Of a stretch of DNA of 38,620 nucleotides, positions 36,965 through 38,620 are shown piece after piece. The notes below the pieces were generated by a model. That model was not told where the DNA came from. It searched no databases and saw only the letters and a list, made by a program, of their open reading frames with translations. Position 1 is the stretch's first letter. Every line of letters begins with the position of its first letter. Source of the stretch: Candidatus Moranbacteria bacterium GW2011_GWE1_49_15 (GTDB lineage: Bacteria > Patescibacteriota > Minisyncoccia > Moranbacterales > GWC2-37-73); NCBI GenBank assembly GCA_001003855.1, contig LCPX01000002.1, positions 1-38,620 of the forward strand, in the 5' to 3' direction. Position numbers and translations under genes: made by a program.

Positions 36965-38200
36965 TTATCCGACGAATGTCAGGGCGACTCCGGTCTTGCC
37001 GGCGCGTCCGGTCCTTCCGATACGGTGGATGTAATCCTCGAAGGTCGCAGGGACATCGAAGTTGATCACATGCGAAACGTTCGGGATGTCGAGTCCTCTG
37101 GAAGCGACGTCGGTCGCGACCAGGATCTGGACTATATTCTCCTTGAAAAGTTTCAAGGCTTTCTGTCTTTTGGCGTGGGATTTGTCTCCATGGATGGATT
37201 CGGCCTTGAAGCCCTTGTGGTGCAAGGCCTTGGAAAGCTTCTCCGCTCCGTGTTTGGTCCTGGAAAACACCAAGACTTTTTGGAAGTGGGTTTGCGCCAA
37301 AAGGTTATGCAACACTTCGATCTTATCCTGACCGCGATCGATGCGGACGACGTCCTGGTCGACTTGCGCGGAAGTATCCCTCTTTCTGATGGAAATCTTT
37401 TCGGGATTATTCAAGAACTCGCCGGTAAGCCTTTCGATTTCAGGCGCAAGCGTAGCGGAGAAAAGCAAAGTCTGCCTTTTCGGTGAAACGAGCGAGAGTA
37501 GATAGCGGACATCCGGGATGAATCCCATGTCGAGCATCTGGTCGGCCTCGTCCAGAACTACGTTGGCGAAACGGTCGAGGATCAGTCTCTTTCTTTGGAT
37601 AAGATCCTTGAGTCTTCCTGGCGTTCCGATCACGACGTTGTGCCTTGAACGCAATTTGTCGATCTGCGGGCGGATATTGGCTCCGCCGACGACTACTACC
37701 GAGTTAATGTGAAGTCCCTTGGAGAAAGCCACGAACTCGTCCTGGATCTGGATGGCCAATTCGCGCGTAGGCACGACGACCAGCAGTTTCTCATGCGGGT
37801 TGCGAAGGATCTTGTCGATCATAGGCACCAAGAACGCTCCGGTCTTTCCGGTTCCGGTGTTGGCCAGGCCGATCACGTCTTTTCCTTCCATGATCAAGGG
37901 AATGGTTTTTTCCTGGATCTCGGTCGGGGTTTCGAAACCTCGCTGGGCGATTATGGTTTTGAGGCGTTGGTCGATCGGGAATTCGGGGAAAAGGGTCTTG
38001 GCGATATATTTATCCTCCGCTACCGGTCCGGCCGACTTGTTGATGAACTTGTTGATGTCGATCGCGTTTCCGGTGAACCTTCCTCTTCCTCCGCTTCTTC
38101 CGCGGTTGAAGGTGTTGCTCCTGCCTCCTTGGTAACCGGATCCCGGTCCTCTTCTTTTGGGACCGCGTGGCCCGTTCGGTTTGAAATTCCTGCTTTGCAT
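36965..38200 (-). CDS. DEAD-box RNA helicase (RhlE-like)
   Basis: PTEIQ, ANTGTGKT, PTRELA, TPGRL, LDEAD, SAT, HRIGRTGR; ATG 38200 preferred as start. Confidence 0.96.
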   Translation of the reverse strand: MQSRNFKPNGPRGPKRRGPGSGYQGGRSNTFNRGRSGGRGRFTGNAIDINKFINKSAGPVAEDKYIAKTLFPEFPIDQRLKTIIAQRGFETPTEIQEKTIPLIMEGKDVIGLANTGTGKTGAFLVPMIDKILRNPHEKLLVVVPTRELAIQIQDEFVAFSKGLHINSVVVVGGANIRPQIDKLRSRHNVVIGTPGRLKDLIQRKRLILDRFANVVLDEADQMLDMGFIPDVRYLLSLVSPKRQTLLFSATLAPEIERLTGEFLNNPEKISIRKRDTSAQVDQDVVRIDRGQDKIEVLHNLLAQTHFQKVLVFSRTKHGAEKLSKALHHKGFKAESIHGDKSHAKRQKALKLFKENIVQILVATDVASRGLDIPNVSHVINFDVPATFEDYIHRIGRTGRAGKTGVALTFVG

Positions 38201-38459
38201 TGGGTTTTTGGCCTCGGGAGTCAGGGCACATAACAAGCCGGGGGACCGATAACGGTTCCTTGCTTTTATTTGCCAGGCTCTGGGCCGATGATTGTTGTTG
38301 TAGCTCCTTGCTAGAGGGCAAGGCTCAAAAAGTGATTCCGCTTGGCGGAAAAGTCCTCTCGTTCACCCGGGCTGAAAAGCTGCGGGCTTCGCTAAACAAT
38401 GAAAATTAAAATCTATGTTTAGATACACGAGATAGTTCAAGGTATTAACATAGATGCTT

Positions 38460-38500
38460 ATAGTAGCACGCTTGACTTTCCTTGTCAATAGGAGTATAAT
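38460..38500. promoter_or_regulatory. Overlapping divergent sigma70 promoters
   Basis: Plus strand TTGACT(38472)-N17-TATAAT(38495); minus strand TTGACA(38488)-N17-TACTAT(38465) with extended TG. Confidence 0.75.
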
Positions 38501-38505
38501 GTATA

Positions 38506-38620
38506 AAGAGGATGAAGAGGGGATTGGCAGTCCTTTCGAGCCTGAAATAAGGCATAATCTTCGAAACAACCAGAGAGAAGTCTCCGCTTGTGAGCGGGGG
38601 AAAGCGGGTGGAACCGCGGA
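38506..38620 (+). promoter_or_regulatory. T-box riboswitch-like leader (cut by window end)
   Basis: GATGAAGAGG, CAGAGAG (38571), loop TTGTGA, and T-box AAAGCGGGTGGAACCGCG at 38601-38618. Confidence 0.7.

Noticed and set aside
1168-38321. Long antisense or overlapping ORFs (e.g. 1168-1983, 11627-12670, 14973-15890, 20526-21488, 31191-31895)
   Set aside because: They overlap well-supported genes on the opposite strand or frame and have no recognisable motifs.

Overview
Chromosomal segment of a bacterium using genetic code 11 (TGA stops, tRNA-Trp CCA). Gene content and style suggest a Patescibacteria/CPR (Parcubacteria-like) organism; this is inference, not a lookup. In order: a cell-envelope block (frameshifted murA, NUDIX, mreB, two GT4s, holB, ftsQ-like, two GT-C membrane glycosyltransferases); a large hypothetical, a small protein and a VirD4/TraG-like ATPase; rmuC, GT2, MraY/WecA and DUF192; a 1-kb intergenic region leading to an unannotated 48-aa lysine-rich histone-H1-like gene; prmC-prfA-rpmE and rpsB-tsf-PSP1-TPR; a Thr-Tyr-Thr-rpmG-Trp tRNA cluster; small stress-type membrane genes; a flavin disulfide reductase; a DEAD-box helicase; and a T-box-like leader cut by the window end. 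The most unusual signal is in the tRNA cluster. Small ORF-less, highly structured units lie downstream of tRNA-Tyr and tRNA-Trp. Each begins with an antisense copy of its host tRNA T-arm and ends with a direct copy of that tRNA 3' end. Two units share a 69-nt core with compensatory base changes. A separate 82-nt structured repeat abuts the 5' ends of two tRNAs.
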